Below, in pieces: positions 17,718-26,683 of a stretch of 64,000 nucleotides of DNA. The notes beneath the pieces were generated by a model. It was given only the letters and a program-made list of their open reading frames with translations. It was not told the origin of the DNA and searched no databases. The stretch is from Pyrinomonadaceae bacterium (GTDB lineage Bacteria > Acidobacteriota > Blastocatellia > Pyrinomonadales > Pyrinomonadaceae). Every line of letters begins with the position of its first letter. Within the stretch, counting starts at the first letter, position 1. Made by a program: the position numbers and the translations under genes. The stretch lies in assembly GCA_035273425.1 (NCBI GenBank), contig DATEPB010000058.1:44590-108589 (forward strand). Reading direction: 5' to 3'.

Positions 17718-19754
17718 ATGAAAAGTTTCGTCATTGCTCTGACTATTACTCTGCTGTCTCTTAGTTCTGCTGCGATGGGCCAGGAGTATCGCCCATTCAA
17801 TATCGAAGAATTGCTTAAGGTTCGACGCGTCGGTGATCCACAGGTCTCTCCAGACGGAAAGAAGGTGGCTTTCACTATTGGCGATGTCAACTTTGACGCA
17901 AATAGAGTGGTTACTCATATCTGGGTAATGCCATTGACGCCGGGCGCCGAGATTAAGCGACTAACCAGCGGCGATAGCTCTGCCACTTCACCGCGATGGT
18001 CCCCTGATGGAAAGAAGATCGCCTACGTCACCGGGAGCCAGATTTGGGTGATGGACGACGACGGCGATGACAAGGAACAAGTAACAAAAATCTCCACCGG
18101 CGCTTCCGGTCCTGTGTGGTCCCCAGATCGCCGATGGATAGCTTTTACTTCCGAGGTCTATCCAGAATGCACTAATGACGAATGCAATAAGCGAAAAGAT
18201 GAAGCCAACGAAAACGGCAAGGTAAAAGCGATCGCAACAGAGCGTTTACTGTTCCGGCACTGGAATGAGGTTCGCGACAAGAAGCGAACGCATGTATTCG
18301 TCGTTCAGAGCAACGGCGGCGATGCGAGGGATGTGACACCGGGAGATTATGATGCGCCGCCATATGCAGTTGCGGGCGACGTCGATTATTCGTTCTCGCC
18401 AGACTCAAAGGAACTCGCTTACCTACGCAATCCTGACAAGGTGGAAGCTCTATCTACAAACAGCGATGTGTTCATTGTTCCACTCGCTGGCGGCACGGCA
18501 AGAAACATCACCGCTCGAAACCGGGGCTACGACGACACTCCGATTTACACGACAGACGGCAAATTCATTCTCTATCGTTCGCAGCTGCTTGCAGGTTTCG
18601 AAGCCGATCGCTGGCGACTCATGAGTTACAACCGAGCCAGCGGGACCAGTACCGAATTGGTTCGCAGTCTGGATCTCAACGTCGAAGAGATGACCGTTTC
18701 TCCTGACGGCAACACTGTTTACTTTGCTGCCGGTGAACGTGGCCGAGCGCCGATCTACCAGGTCCCGATCACAGGTGGAGTTGCGAAGAAGATCGTTGAC
18801 GGCGTTTTTGCATCGGGCCTGCAGATTACCTCCGACGGTAGAACGTTTGTATTCGCTAACAGCACTTTCGCCTCACCACCTGAAGTCTACCGAGCGAATG
18901 TTGATGGCAGCGGCGTCGCTCAAGTCACTACGATTAACAATCAAGCGATTCAACGCACGGGGATTAAGCCGGCCGAAGAGCTCGAATGGACCGGGGCGAT
19001 GGGCGCGAAGGTTCATGGTTTCCTGCTAAAGCCGGTGAACTTTAATGAGAATCAGAAGTACCCGCTGGTGGTGCTCATTCATGGTGGTCCACAGAGCGCG
19101 TGGAACAACAGCTGGAGTTATCGTTGGAATCCGCAAGTCTACACCAACGCCGGTTACGTTGTTTTCATGCCGAACCCTCGCGGATCGTTAGGTTATGGGC
19201 AGCGATTTGTTAACGAGATTAGCGCTGATTGGGGCGGCAAGGCGTTTATCGATTTGAAGAATGGCATTGCGGAAGTTCTTCGTCGCCACCGTTATGTCGA
19301 CAAGGCCAACATCGCAGGTGCGGGCGCGAGTTACGGCGGATATATGGTTGATTGGATCCTCGGCCATAACAACGACCCGCGCTTCCGTTTCAAAACGCTC
19401 GTCTCGCATGCAGGCGTCTACAATTTGACCAGCATGTATGGCGCGACCGAGGAACTCTGGTTTCCTGAATGGGAGTTCAAGGGAACGCCGTGGAGCAATC
19501 CGGCAATGTATCAACGCTGGTCACCGCACATGTTTGTCAACAACTTCAACACGCCTACACTCGTGACTGCCGGCGAGCTCGATTACCGTGTGCCTTACAC
19601 AGAAAGCTTGCAGCTCTACACGGCGCTACAAAGGAAGGGTGTTCCCTCCAAACTGGTTCTCTTCCCGGACGAAGGGCACTGGATTCTCAAACCGCAGAAT
19701 TCAAAATTCTGGCATGAGAATGTGCTTGACTGGTTCGGCCGGTATTTGAAGTAG
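17718..19754 (+). CDS. S9-family serine peptidase with N-terminal beta-propeller
   Basis: GASYGGYM nucleophile elbow and repeated SPDGK/WSPDG propeller motifs. The signal peptide MKSFVIALTITLLSLSSAAMGQ was chosen as the start. Confidence 0.85.
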   Translation: MKSFVIALTITLLSLSSAAMGQEYRPFNIEELLKVRRVGDPQVSPDGKKVAFTIGDVNFDANRVVTHIWVMPLTPGAEIKRLTSGDSSATSPRWSPDGKKIAYVTGSQIWVMDDDGDDKEQVTKISTGASGPVWSPDRRWIAFTSEVYPECTNDECNKRKDEANENGKVKAIATERLLFRHWNEVRDKKRTHVFVVQSNGGDARDVTPGDYDAPPYAVAGDVDYSFSPDSKELAYLRNPDKVEALSTNSDVFIVPLAGGTARNITARNRGYDDTPIYTTDGKFILYRSQLLAGFEADRWRLMSYNRASGTSTELVRSLDLNVEEMTVSPDGNTVYFAAGERGRAPIYQVPITGGVAKKIVDGVFASGLQITSDGRTFVFANSTFASPPEVYRANVDGSGVAQVTTINNQAIQRTGIKPAEELEWTGAMGAKVHGFLLKPVNFNENQKYPLVVLIHGGPQSAWNNSWSYRWNPQVYTNAGYVVFMPNPRGSLGYGQRFVNEISADWGGKAFIDLKNGIAEVLRRHRYVDKANIAGAGASYGGYMVDWILGHNNDPRFRFKTLVSHAGVYNLTSMYGATEELWFPEWEFKGTPWSNPAMYQRWSPHMFVNNFNTPTLVTAGELDYRVPYTESLQLYTALQRKGVPSKLVLFPDEGHWILKPQNSKFWHENVLDWFGRYLK

Positions 19755-19780
19755 GGAGGGGCCGCACGCTTGGAACGGGG

Positions 19781-19816
19781 AACCGCATTTTAACGAAGGT
19801 TAAGGTGCGGTTTTTT
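19781..19816 (+). terminator. Possible intrinsic terminator
   Basis: AACCGCA ... TGCGGTT stem followed by TTTT. The loop is long (18 nt), so the call is weak. Confidence 0.35.
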
Positions 19817-19841
19817 CTATCGGTATGTTAGGTTATGGGCC

Positions 19842-20423
19842 ATGGCATTCGCTGCATTAATAATCGCCATTATTAGCTTAATATCTACTGTTGTTCTCGG
19901 CACCAAGAACTACAGCAAATCTAAAAGGCATGAATTCTTCCAAAGGCGCGACCACTGTTTTCAAGCAATATCAAACTTTAATGCTAAGAATTCCGAGACT
20001 CGTCTAAGTGGAGCCAGGTTTACAACCATTGCTACTGAGAAAGCGTCAACAGCCGTCCCTCAGAAGTATGAGGAACTAAATAAGACCCTCATAGTTAACA
20101 TCAGAACTCTGGCGACAAATATTCAGTCGCAAGCGGAAGAATGGGATAACCAAATTGAGCGACTTCATAAGCTTTGCGCTGGTTATACCTCAGTAAAAGA
20201 CGCGGAAAATATTGAAGAGGTTATCGCAATCGCCCAGCTTTCATCAGACCAGATAAAAAGGATTAATGAGATTTACCTCTCGACATTACACATACTCGAA
20301 ACTACCAATCCAAAAATGGAAACAGACTTAGCCGAAATGCGTAAAATGGAATTGCAATTAGCTGCGGTAAAGCTGGAATCTAAGGAGTTAAATGAAAAAG
20401 CCCCGGCGAAGGGGCTTTACTAG
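19842..20423 (+). CDS. Hypothetical protein with N-terminal TM helix and coiled coil (AT-rich orphan)
   Basis: 193-aa ORF: MAFAALIIAIISLISTVVLG..., then long heptad-like Q/E/K-rich helices. Visibly lower GC than its neighbours. Confidence 0.5.
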   Translation: MAFAALIIAIISLISTVVLGTKNYSKSKRHEFFQRRDHCFQAISNFNAKNSETRLSGARFTTIATEKASTAVPQKYEELNKTLIVNIRTLATNIQSQAEEWDNQIERLHKLCAGYTSVKDAENIEEVIAIAQLSSDQIKRINEIYLSTLHILETTNPKMETDLAEMRKMELQLAAVKLESKELNEKAPAKGLY

Positions 20424-20610
20424 CTTATTCGACATCTGGCTCCGGCTCTGGTACATCTGCAGGAATGGGAGCGTCTACTACCTCATTCTCTGGTAATTCT
20501 GTCTCCATGTTTTCTTCACTCATGTTGGTTGTGATTAATGATTAAGTTAGATGGTCTTTAGGACCATTTCCGAGGACCGGTGAAAAAGATTGGCTGGAGT
20601 AGCTTTGGTT

Positions 20611-20703
20611 TTCTCTGTGCAATCTCAGTGTTCTCTGTGTCTCTGTGGTTTAGTAAGCATGCGACTCGACAATCCACCACAGAGGCACAGAGAACACAGA
20701 GAT
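20611..20703. repeat. Inverted array hairpin, CTCTGTG / CACAGAG unit
   Basis: GTTCTCTGTGTCTCTGTGG (20630-20648) pairs with CCACAGAGGCACAGAGAAC (20677-20695). Extra unit copies lie on both sides. Confidence 0.65.
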
Positions 20704-20754
20704 CTTCAAACTAGGCCAGTACCAAAAACAGCACCTGGCCCCTGACACGGCCCA

Positions 20755-21483
20755 ATGGAAATAGACAGACTCTCAATTCGCGAACGCCCCGAAGGCTTCC
20801 CTCTGATGCATCAGAGTTGGGGAAAGCTGCTCTTCATGCATTGGCCCATCGACGCTAGTATTCTGCGCAGCCAAATTCCAAAACAATTAGAGATTGATAC
20901 CTTTGATGGTTCGGCCTGGATCGGCGTGATTCCGTTTACGATGTGGGGTATTCGGGCGTCGTTTCTTCCGGCCATTCCGGGCACCGATGCCTTTCATGAA
21001 TTGAACGTCCGCACCTATGTTCATTTGAATGGCGTTCCCGGTGTCTGGTTCTTTTCCCTGGATGCGGCGAATAGCATGGCGGTTTGGGCAGCGCGGCAGT
21101 TTTACCACCTGCCGTATTTCAACGCCGAGATGTCTCTTGAACAGAACGCCGAGACGATAAGTTATTCATCAGTTCGTCAGGATGATAATGGTCCAACGGC
21201 GGATTTCGCGGCCACGTGGTCCATTGGAAACCATTTGCCGACCGCGGACCCCGAGTCTCTCGAGTTCTTTCTGACTGAGCGGTATTGCTTGTACAGTGAA
21301 AATGAAGGGCAGCTATATCGCGCGCTCATTCATCACCAACCGTGGCCCTTGCAGGAAGCGTCAGTGTCACAGTTTGCTTCGACGATGACTGAATCACTTG
21401 GCGTGAAGACGCCGCAGGAGAAAGCTCGCCTTCTATACGCGGAAGCTATCGACGTGGAGATCTGGCCCTTGAAAAAAGTGTAA
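20755..21483 (+). CDS. DUF2071 (YqjF-like) family protein
   Basis: LLFMHWPI...AWIGVIPF...ELNVRTYV pattern recalled from the DUF2071 family. Confidence 0.65.
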   Translation: MEIDRLSIRERPEGFPLMHQSWGKLLFMHWPIDASILRSQIPKQLEIDTFDGSAWIGVIPFTMWGIRASFLPAIPGTDAFHELNVRTYVHLNGVPGVWFFSLDAANSMAVWAARQFYHLPYFNAEMSLEQNAETISYSSVRQDDNGPTADFAATWSIGNHLPTADPESLEFFLTERYCLYSENEGQLYRALIHHQPWPLQEASVSQFASTMTESLGVKTPQEKARLLYAEAIDVEIWPLKKV

Positions 21484-21490
21484 ACCGATA

Positions 21491-21609
21491 ATCCGCAGAT
21501 TTCGCAGATTACGCCGATTCAGTAAACAAACTTAGGGTTGGGGAGTTTTTCGACTGCACCTTCTGCGAGAACGTTTTCAGTGCATCCGGAAATCTGCGCA
21601 TCTGCGGAT
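21491..21609. repeat. Inverted array hairpin, CGCAGAT / ATCTGCG unit
   Basis: ATCCGCAGATTTCGCAGATT (21491-21510) pairs with AATCTGCGCATCTGCGGAT (21591-21609). It fills the gap between two convergent stop codons. Confidence 0.65.
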
Positions 21610-21614
21610 GCCTC

Positions 21615-22835
21615 TTACTCGGCTTTCTCCAGCGGCGGCACCACAGCCACGAAATCCTCGACAAAACGCTGACTGTAATTCGTGAGTAGTTCTTCCACCC
21701 GCTCCAATTTATTTGACTTCACAATCAAGCCCGCGTGATGGCGCTTCTGTGAGCGAAAGACAATCTCTGGATCGTCATACGCTGAAGTGTCTGGGTGTTC
21801 CTGTTTGGCTAGCGAAAGAATGATGCCGCCGTAATCCTTGCGCGGTTTGGCTGAAAGCGTTGCTCCATCGGACACTTCAATTCGAGCCCACTCTCGCCAT
21901 AGGTTCAAACCCGATGCCGCTTCCAACACCTCGGCGATGTACGCGCCACCAACTCGCGCCGCAATCTCTAAAAAGTAAAACCGTCCGTTAGCATCACTCT
22001 TAATAAACTCGGCGTGCGTGGCCCCTTGCTCAATTCCCTGCGCCTTAATCAGCTTGCGGTTAATGGCGAGCAAAGTCTTCTCATCTGCCGATCCATGGGC
22101 CACACTTCTCGATATATAAGCGCCGCCCTCATGGGCCACTTGCAAGGGCGGACTTCCATACCTGTTTACACCGGCAAATGAAACGCGATCATTGTGGACA
22201 ATCGAATCAACGTGAAACACTTCGCCGTGGACAAACTGGGCCAGCAGGTAGTAAGACGACCGTTGACGAAGGTCCTCGCGTACATTCATCTCTTCGATTA
22301 GGTTTAAAACTTCATCCGCGCTTTCGACCTTACGAATACCGATCGCCGAAACGTCTGATCGAGGCTTGACGATCCACGGAGCCGGAACGCGTTCCATGAA
22401 CGCGCGCACCTCCTCCGGATTCATCAATGGCACAAAGTCGGGGACATCCAACTTCGCAGCCTTTGCGTTTTGGGCCATGCGATACTTGTCGCGAAACGCT
22501 TTCGCGGTAGAGCTGTTCATTCCCGGCAGACAAAAATGCTCACGGATTAGCGCGGCGGTCATTACATCAAACTCTTCAAGCGCAACAATGCGATCCGGTT
22601 TTTGTTTGCGACCCAGGTATGCAACCAGATCAATGAAGAGCGCGGGCCCCGCATCGTTAGGCACCGCAATCAACTCATCGAGACTGTCGTGCGGCCAGTC
22701 CTCCTGAAGCATCTTTTCTTTTGTGATAAGGGTGACCCGACAACCTTGTCGCTTACATTCACGGATGAAATCGCCACCTTTGAAGTAGGTGGCCAGGCAG
22801 AAAATGTTGAGTGAGCGATTTTCTGGTTCCGACAT
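21615..22835 (-). CDS. ATP-grasp domain protein, substrate unknown
   Basis: WIVKPRSDVSAIGIRKV, LLAQFVHGEVFHVDS and FYFLEIAARVGGAYI blocks fit the ATP-grasp fold. Confidence 0.65.
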   Translation of the reverse strand: MSEPENRSLNIFCLATYFKGGDFIRECKRQGCRVTLITKEKMLQEDWPHDSLDELIAVPNDAGPALFIDLVAYLGRKQKPDRIVALEEFDVMTAALIREHFCLPGMNSSTAKAFRDKYRMAQNAKAAKLDVPDFVPLMNPEEVRAFMERVPAPWIVKPRSDVSAIGIRKVESADEVLNLIEEMNVREDLRQRSSYYLLAQFVHGEVFHVDSIVHNDRVSFAGVNRYGSPPLQVAHEGGAYISRSVAHGSADEKTLLAINRKLIKAQGIEQGATHAEFIKSDANGRFYFLEIAARVGGAYIAEVLEAASGLNLWREWARIEVSDGATLSAKPRKDYGGIILSLAKQEHPDTSAYDDPEIVFRSQKRHHAGLIVKSNKLERVEELLTNYSQRFVEDFVAVVPPLEKAE

Positions 22836-22969
22836 GAGATTGGGTCACTATAAACCTTTGCAGGACTGCGGTCACCTGTTAATGTATTCGGCCTGACAGT
22901 AGCAACTTTTGAGTCTTTCTTTCCCAGACAAATCCCGATTCACTTAGGAGCCTCAGGCTAGACCACACG

Positions 22970-24556
22970 ATGATCTTTCGCGGCCCATTCCCCCAATTGA
23001 CCATCCCCGAAGTTTCCGTCACGGATTTTGTCTTTCAAAAAGCCGGCGCCCTCGGTGAGAAGCCCGCGCTGATCGAAGGCCCTAGCGGTCGCACTTATTC
23101 CTATTCGAAACTTCGCGACCTGATTTCACGTGTGGCGTCGAGTCTAGCCGCTCGTGGCTTCAAGAAGGGCGATGTGTTCGGGATCTTAAGTCCGAACCTT
23201 CCTGAGTACGGAATTGCTTTCCATGCCGTCGCATTACTCGGCGGCATCAGCACTCTGGTAAATCCGCTTTACACTGAACCGGAAGTTGCTCACCAGTTAA
23301 AAGATGCCGGCGCAAAATTTCTGGTGACGGTGCCGCAGTGTCTTGAGAAAGCCAAAGCAGCAGCACACACAGCCGGAGTTGAAGAATTGTTTGTGTTCGA
23401 CCAGGCGGGCGATTCTTCTGGAGCAATTCCCTTCTCTTCGCTCTTTGATGGCGACGGAGTTGTCCCTCAAGTCACCATTAATCCGCACGAAGATTTGGTG
23501 GCGCTTCCTTATTCGAGCGGCACGACCGGCTTACCAAAAGGCGTCATGCTCACGCACTACAATCTCGTCTCAAATATGTGCCAGATGGACGGCCTCAGTT
23601 ATTTTTGCGAGAAGGACACGCTGATTGGCGTCCTGCCGCTGTTTCATATTTACGGTCTCGTGGTCGTGCTGAACATGGGTCTCCACCAGGGCGCAACAAT
23701 CGTCACTCTGCCACGCTTTGAGCTGGAGCAGTTCCTCCAGACCTTGCAGGATCACAGGGTCACGATGGCCCACTTGGTGCCGCCGATCGTACTTGCGCTT
23801 AGCAAGCATCCGGTCGTGGACAACTACAACCTGCCGAGCTTGCGAACCATTTTCTGTGGCGCCGCCCCTCTTGATGAGAACCTTACCCGAGCGTGTATGC
23901 AGCGGCTTAACTGCGATGTCAGGCAAGGCTATGGCATGACTGAAACCAGTCCCGTTACTCACTCATCTCCGGCAAATCCAGATGAAGTCAAATTTGGCTC
24001 GGTTGGAGTTCCCGCTCCCAACACGGAATGCAAGATTGTCGATCTGGGAACCGGTGAAGAACTAGGACCAAACCAGGAAGGTGAAGTTTGTGTTAGGGGT
24101 CCTCAAATAATGAAGGGTTATCTGAATCGTCCTGATGCCACTGCGGCAACGATCGACTCCGATGCCTGGCTTCACACCGGAGACATTGGATACGCAGATG
24201 CGGATGGCCATTTCTTCATCGTTGATCGAGCGAAGGAACTAATTAAGTTTAAGGGATTTCAGGTTCCACCCGCTGAACTCGAAGCGTTGCTGCTCACCCA
24301 CGAAGATGTGGCTGACGCGGCGGTGATTCCCATTCCTGATGATGAGGCAGGCGAAGTGCCGAAGGCTTACGTCGTACTAAAGGGAGAGGCCACTGCCGAA
24401 GAGTTAATGGAATTTGTAGCAGCGCGGGTGGCTCCATATAAGAAGATTCGGTCCGTAGAATTCATCGACAAGATTCCCAAGTCGCCGTCCGGCAAGATCC
24501 TGCGCCGTACTTTGGTCCAGGGAGAACGTGAGAGGAGAAAAGTAAATGTCGCCTGA
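22970..24556 (+). CDS. AMP-dependent acyl-CoA ligase (4-coumarate-CoA ligase-like)
   Basis: LPYSSGTTGLPKGVMLTH, GYGMTE and TGDIGYADADGHFFIVDRAKELIKFKG adenylation motifs. Confidence 0.85.
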   Translation: MIFRGPFPQLTIPEVSVTDFVFQKAGALGEKPALIEGPSGRTYSYSKLRDLISRVASSLAARGFKKGDVFGILSPNLPEYGIAFHAVALLGGISTLVNPLYTEPEVAHQLKDAGAKFLVTVPQCLEKAKAAAHTAGVEELFVFDQAGDSSGAIPFSSLFDGDGVVPQVTINPHEDLVALPYSSGTTGLPKGVMLTHYNLVSNMCQMDGLSYFCEKDTLIGVLPLFHIYGLVVVLNMGLHQGATIVTLPRFELEQFLQTLQDHRVTMAHLVPPIVLALSKHPVVDNYNLPSLRTIFCGAAPLDENLTRACMQRLNCDVRQGYGMTETSPVTHSSPANPDEVKFGSVGVPAPNTECKIVDLGTGEELGPNQEGEVCVRGPQIMKGYLNRPDATAATIDSDAWLHTGDIGYADADGHFFIVDRAKELIKFKGFQVPPAELEALLLTHEDVADAAVIPIPDDEAGEVPKAYVVLKGEATAEELMEFVAARVAPYKKIRSVEFIDKIPKSPSGKILRRTLVQGERERRKVNVA

Positions 24557-24926
24557 GATTGTCTCACAAGCGGTCAAAGCATATTTTGCCGCGTTGAGCA
24601 CGATGAACATACCTGCAATTCTTAGAACGTTTGCTGAAGACGCAGTTACATATGATCCAGTTGGAACACCCGCCAACAATGGTCACAAGAAGATAGAAGA
24701 GTTTTTTGAAACCGTTACGGCGGCCTTTAAAGAAGTAGGTCTGACCGAGAACGAGATTTTTATCGCCGGAAATGGTGCGGCAGTTAAATGGACGGGCCGC
24801 GGGGTGAGTAAGCAGGGCCGATCCGTGAAATTTGAAGGCATCGACACGTTTGAAATAAACGAATCGGGCAAGATTCAAACGTTACGTGCCTACTGGAATC
24901 CTGCCGAGATGGTGGCTCAGCTTTAG
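24546..24926 (+). CDS. NTF2/SnoaL-like small protein
   Basis: 126 aa, size and pattern of SnoaL-like proteins. It overlaps the ligase stop by 11 nt, which suggests an operon. Confidence 0.55.
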   Translation: MSPEIVSQAVKAYFAALSTMNIPAILRTFAEDAVTYDPVGTPANNGHKKIEEFFETVTAAFKEVGLTENEIFIAGNGAAVKWTGRGVSKQGRSVKFEGIDTFEINESGKIQTLRAYWNPAEMVAQL

Positions 24927-24983
24927 CTGCATCTTTAACTGCGATATATTGACGATCATCAAGGTATTGAAAGGGGCGACTAC

Positions 24984-25997
24984 ATGAAAACTCAGCGTAT
25001 TAACTTTCGAGCGTCTCTGGCTTTATTAATGCTTTGCGGTCTTTGTTCGGTCGTTGCTGCGCAGTCACCTGAGTGGGAGACGTTGCGACCAGAGAAAGAG
25101 GTCTTCTCGGTGTCGATGCCCAAAGGCTCGACGGTCGAAACCGGCAAAGAGCTCTACCACAAAATGGAGCTGAATACCCGGTATTACATTTCCACTGCGC
25201 CCGGTAGCCCAGTTTTCGCAATCGCGTCATTTAGCGGTATCCCGCCAAATTCCCCCCAGTACACCGAAATGCAGCGGCTTAATTCCTACGTTGACGCCTT
25301 CAAGACCCTCTTTCCGCCGAAACTTAAAGGAAAAGTTACGCCGGTAAAGCTGACCCTGGTAGGCGCCAAGAACCTGCAAGGAAACGCCGGGCGCGAGTAT
25401 CGAATGACGATCGGCGACATGACGGGAATAGTTCACACCTTTGCCACCCGGCGGCGCTTCTACGCCGTTGCGTATCTCAGTGACAAAAAGAATGACGAAA
25501 TTCAGGAGCAGTTCTTAAGCTCATTTGTCTTACCCGAAGCGGCCGCCCCGGCCCCTACGGTTGCTACAACTCAGCCTCCTGCCCCTCGATCAGGTGTACG
25601 TGAGGTTCCTGACGGCTCTGCCACGCCTAACGGCTCCGACGGGACCGTGCCAACCGCCGCCGCCAAGACTCCGGATGGCAAACCAGGCGAGCCGAACGCA
25701 GCAGCTAACAAGCCGAAGTCAATCTCCGGTGGTGTGCTCAACGGGAAAGCCACAAGTTTGCCGAAACCTGACTATCCGATTGAGGCTCAGAACGCCGGTA
25801 TAACTGGCACTGTAGCGGTTCAGGTGACGGTGGACGAAGCAGGAAACGTAATAGAGGCTCGGGCCGTTTCGGGCCATCCACTCTTGCAGCAACCTTCTGT
25901 CATCGCCGCACAACTTGCCAAGTTTGCACCCACCTCCCTAATGGGCGACCCGGTGAAAGTTACCGGCGTGATCATGTACAACTTCGCCAAGCAGTAA
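24984..25997 (+). CDS. Secreted protein with TonB C-terminal domain
   Basis: Signal peptide, Pro/Ala-rich linker, and a C-terminal PDYPIEAQNAGITGTVAVQVTVDEAGNV TonB_C pattern. Confidence 0.7.
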   Translation: MKTQRINFRASLALLMLCGLCSVVAAQSPEWETLRPEKEVFSVSMPKGSTVETGKELYHKMELNTRYYISTAPGSPVFAIASFSGIPPNSPQYTEMQRLNSYVDAFKTLFPPKLKGKVTPVKLTLVGAKNLQGNAGREYRMTIGDMTGIVHTFATRRRFYAVAYLSDKKNDEIQEQFLSSFVLPEAAAPAPTVATTQPPAPRSGVREVPDGSATPNGSDGTVPTAAAKTPDGKPGEPNAAANKPKSISGGVLNGKATSLPKPDYPIEAQNAGITGTVAVQVTVDEAGNVIEARAVSGHPLLQQPSVIAAQLAKFAPTSLMGDPVKVTGVIMYNFAKQ

Positions 25998-26051
25998 CTG
26001 GTTGGAGTGCGGCCGCCCGTCGCACTCCACAAAGTTGAAATCCAACCCACG

Positions 26052-26555
26052 ATGAAAAGAGTTCTAAAACGACTCGACTCGGTCCATGAAAAACTGCTTC
26101 GCACCGTCACTCCCCTCGACAGCAAAACCTTCACCCAACGACCATCGGAAAATGAATGGAGCGTGGGAGATATTGTCCAGCACCTTTCTTTGGTTGAGGA
26201 ACGCGTACTCCATGATTTGGAAAAAGCAGTACGCAGGGATCCTCAACGCGTTGGCGTTCTGAAACGACTCCTGCCTACGTCGATCGTCTCGTCGAGAATG
26301 CTGAAAGTTAAGTCTCCAAAGGCTGTGACACCAACGGCAGTTACTGAGAAGGAGACCACGATTGAAGCTCTCGAGTCTGCTCGCCGCAAGCTAAAAGCGT
26401 TCTGCGATCTCCATGACGTGAAACGGTTCAGACGGTTGACCTTCAACCATCCATTCCTTGGCAAGATTGATGGCGTCGCGACGATCTCCTTCGTCAGCTA
26501 CCACGAACAACGACATTACAAACAAATTCGCGAGGTGCTCAAGAAGATTGGTTAG
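26052..26555 (+). CDS. DinB-family four-helix protein
   Basis: WSVGDIVQHLSLVEE ... YHEQRHYKQI is typical of DinB_2. The start was set at ATG 26052. Confidence 0.6.
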   Translation: MKRVLKRLDSVHEKLLRTVTPLDSKTFTQRPSENEWSVGDIVQHLSLVEERVLHDLEKAVRRDPQRVGVLKRLLPTSIVSSRMLKVKSPKAVTPTAVTEKETTIEALESARRKLKAFCDLHDVKRFRRLTFNHPFLGKIDGVATISFVSYHEQRHYKQIREVLKKIG

Positions 26556-26607
26556 TCGATTTGATTGTTCTAGTAAAGCAAACTAACAGTTCGCTTTACC
26601 TAACCCC

Positions 26608-26636
26608 TTGACCGAAGCGCATCCCCAGTCTATCTT
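26608..26636 (+). promoter_or_regulatory. Possible sigma70-like promoter (TTGACC-17 nt-TATCTT)
   Basis: Motif spacing seen upstream of the decarboxylase gene. No other support. Confidence 0.3.
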
Positions 26637-26683
26637 CGCTCGAATTCATTTCTTCAAATTTGTTCAATCGAGAAATTCCAAGA

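Noticed and set aside
19187-19840. 14-nt identity GTTAGGTTATGGGC at 19187-19200 and 19827-19840, considered as a possible target duplication around the AT-rich islet
   Set aside because: The first copy lies inside the S9 peptidase coding sequence. In a 64-kb window several exact 14-mers are expected by chance (about N^2/2 divided by 4^14). There is no flanking similarity.
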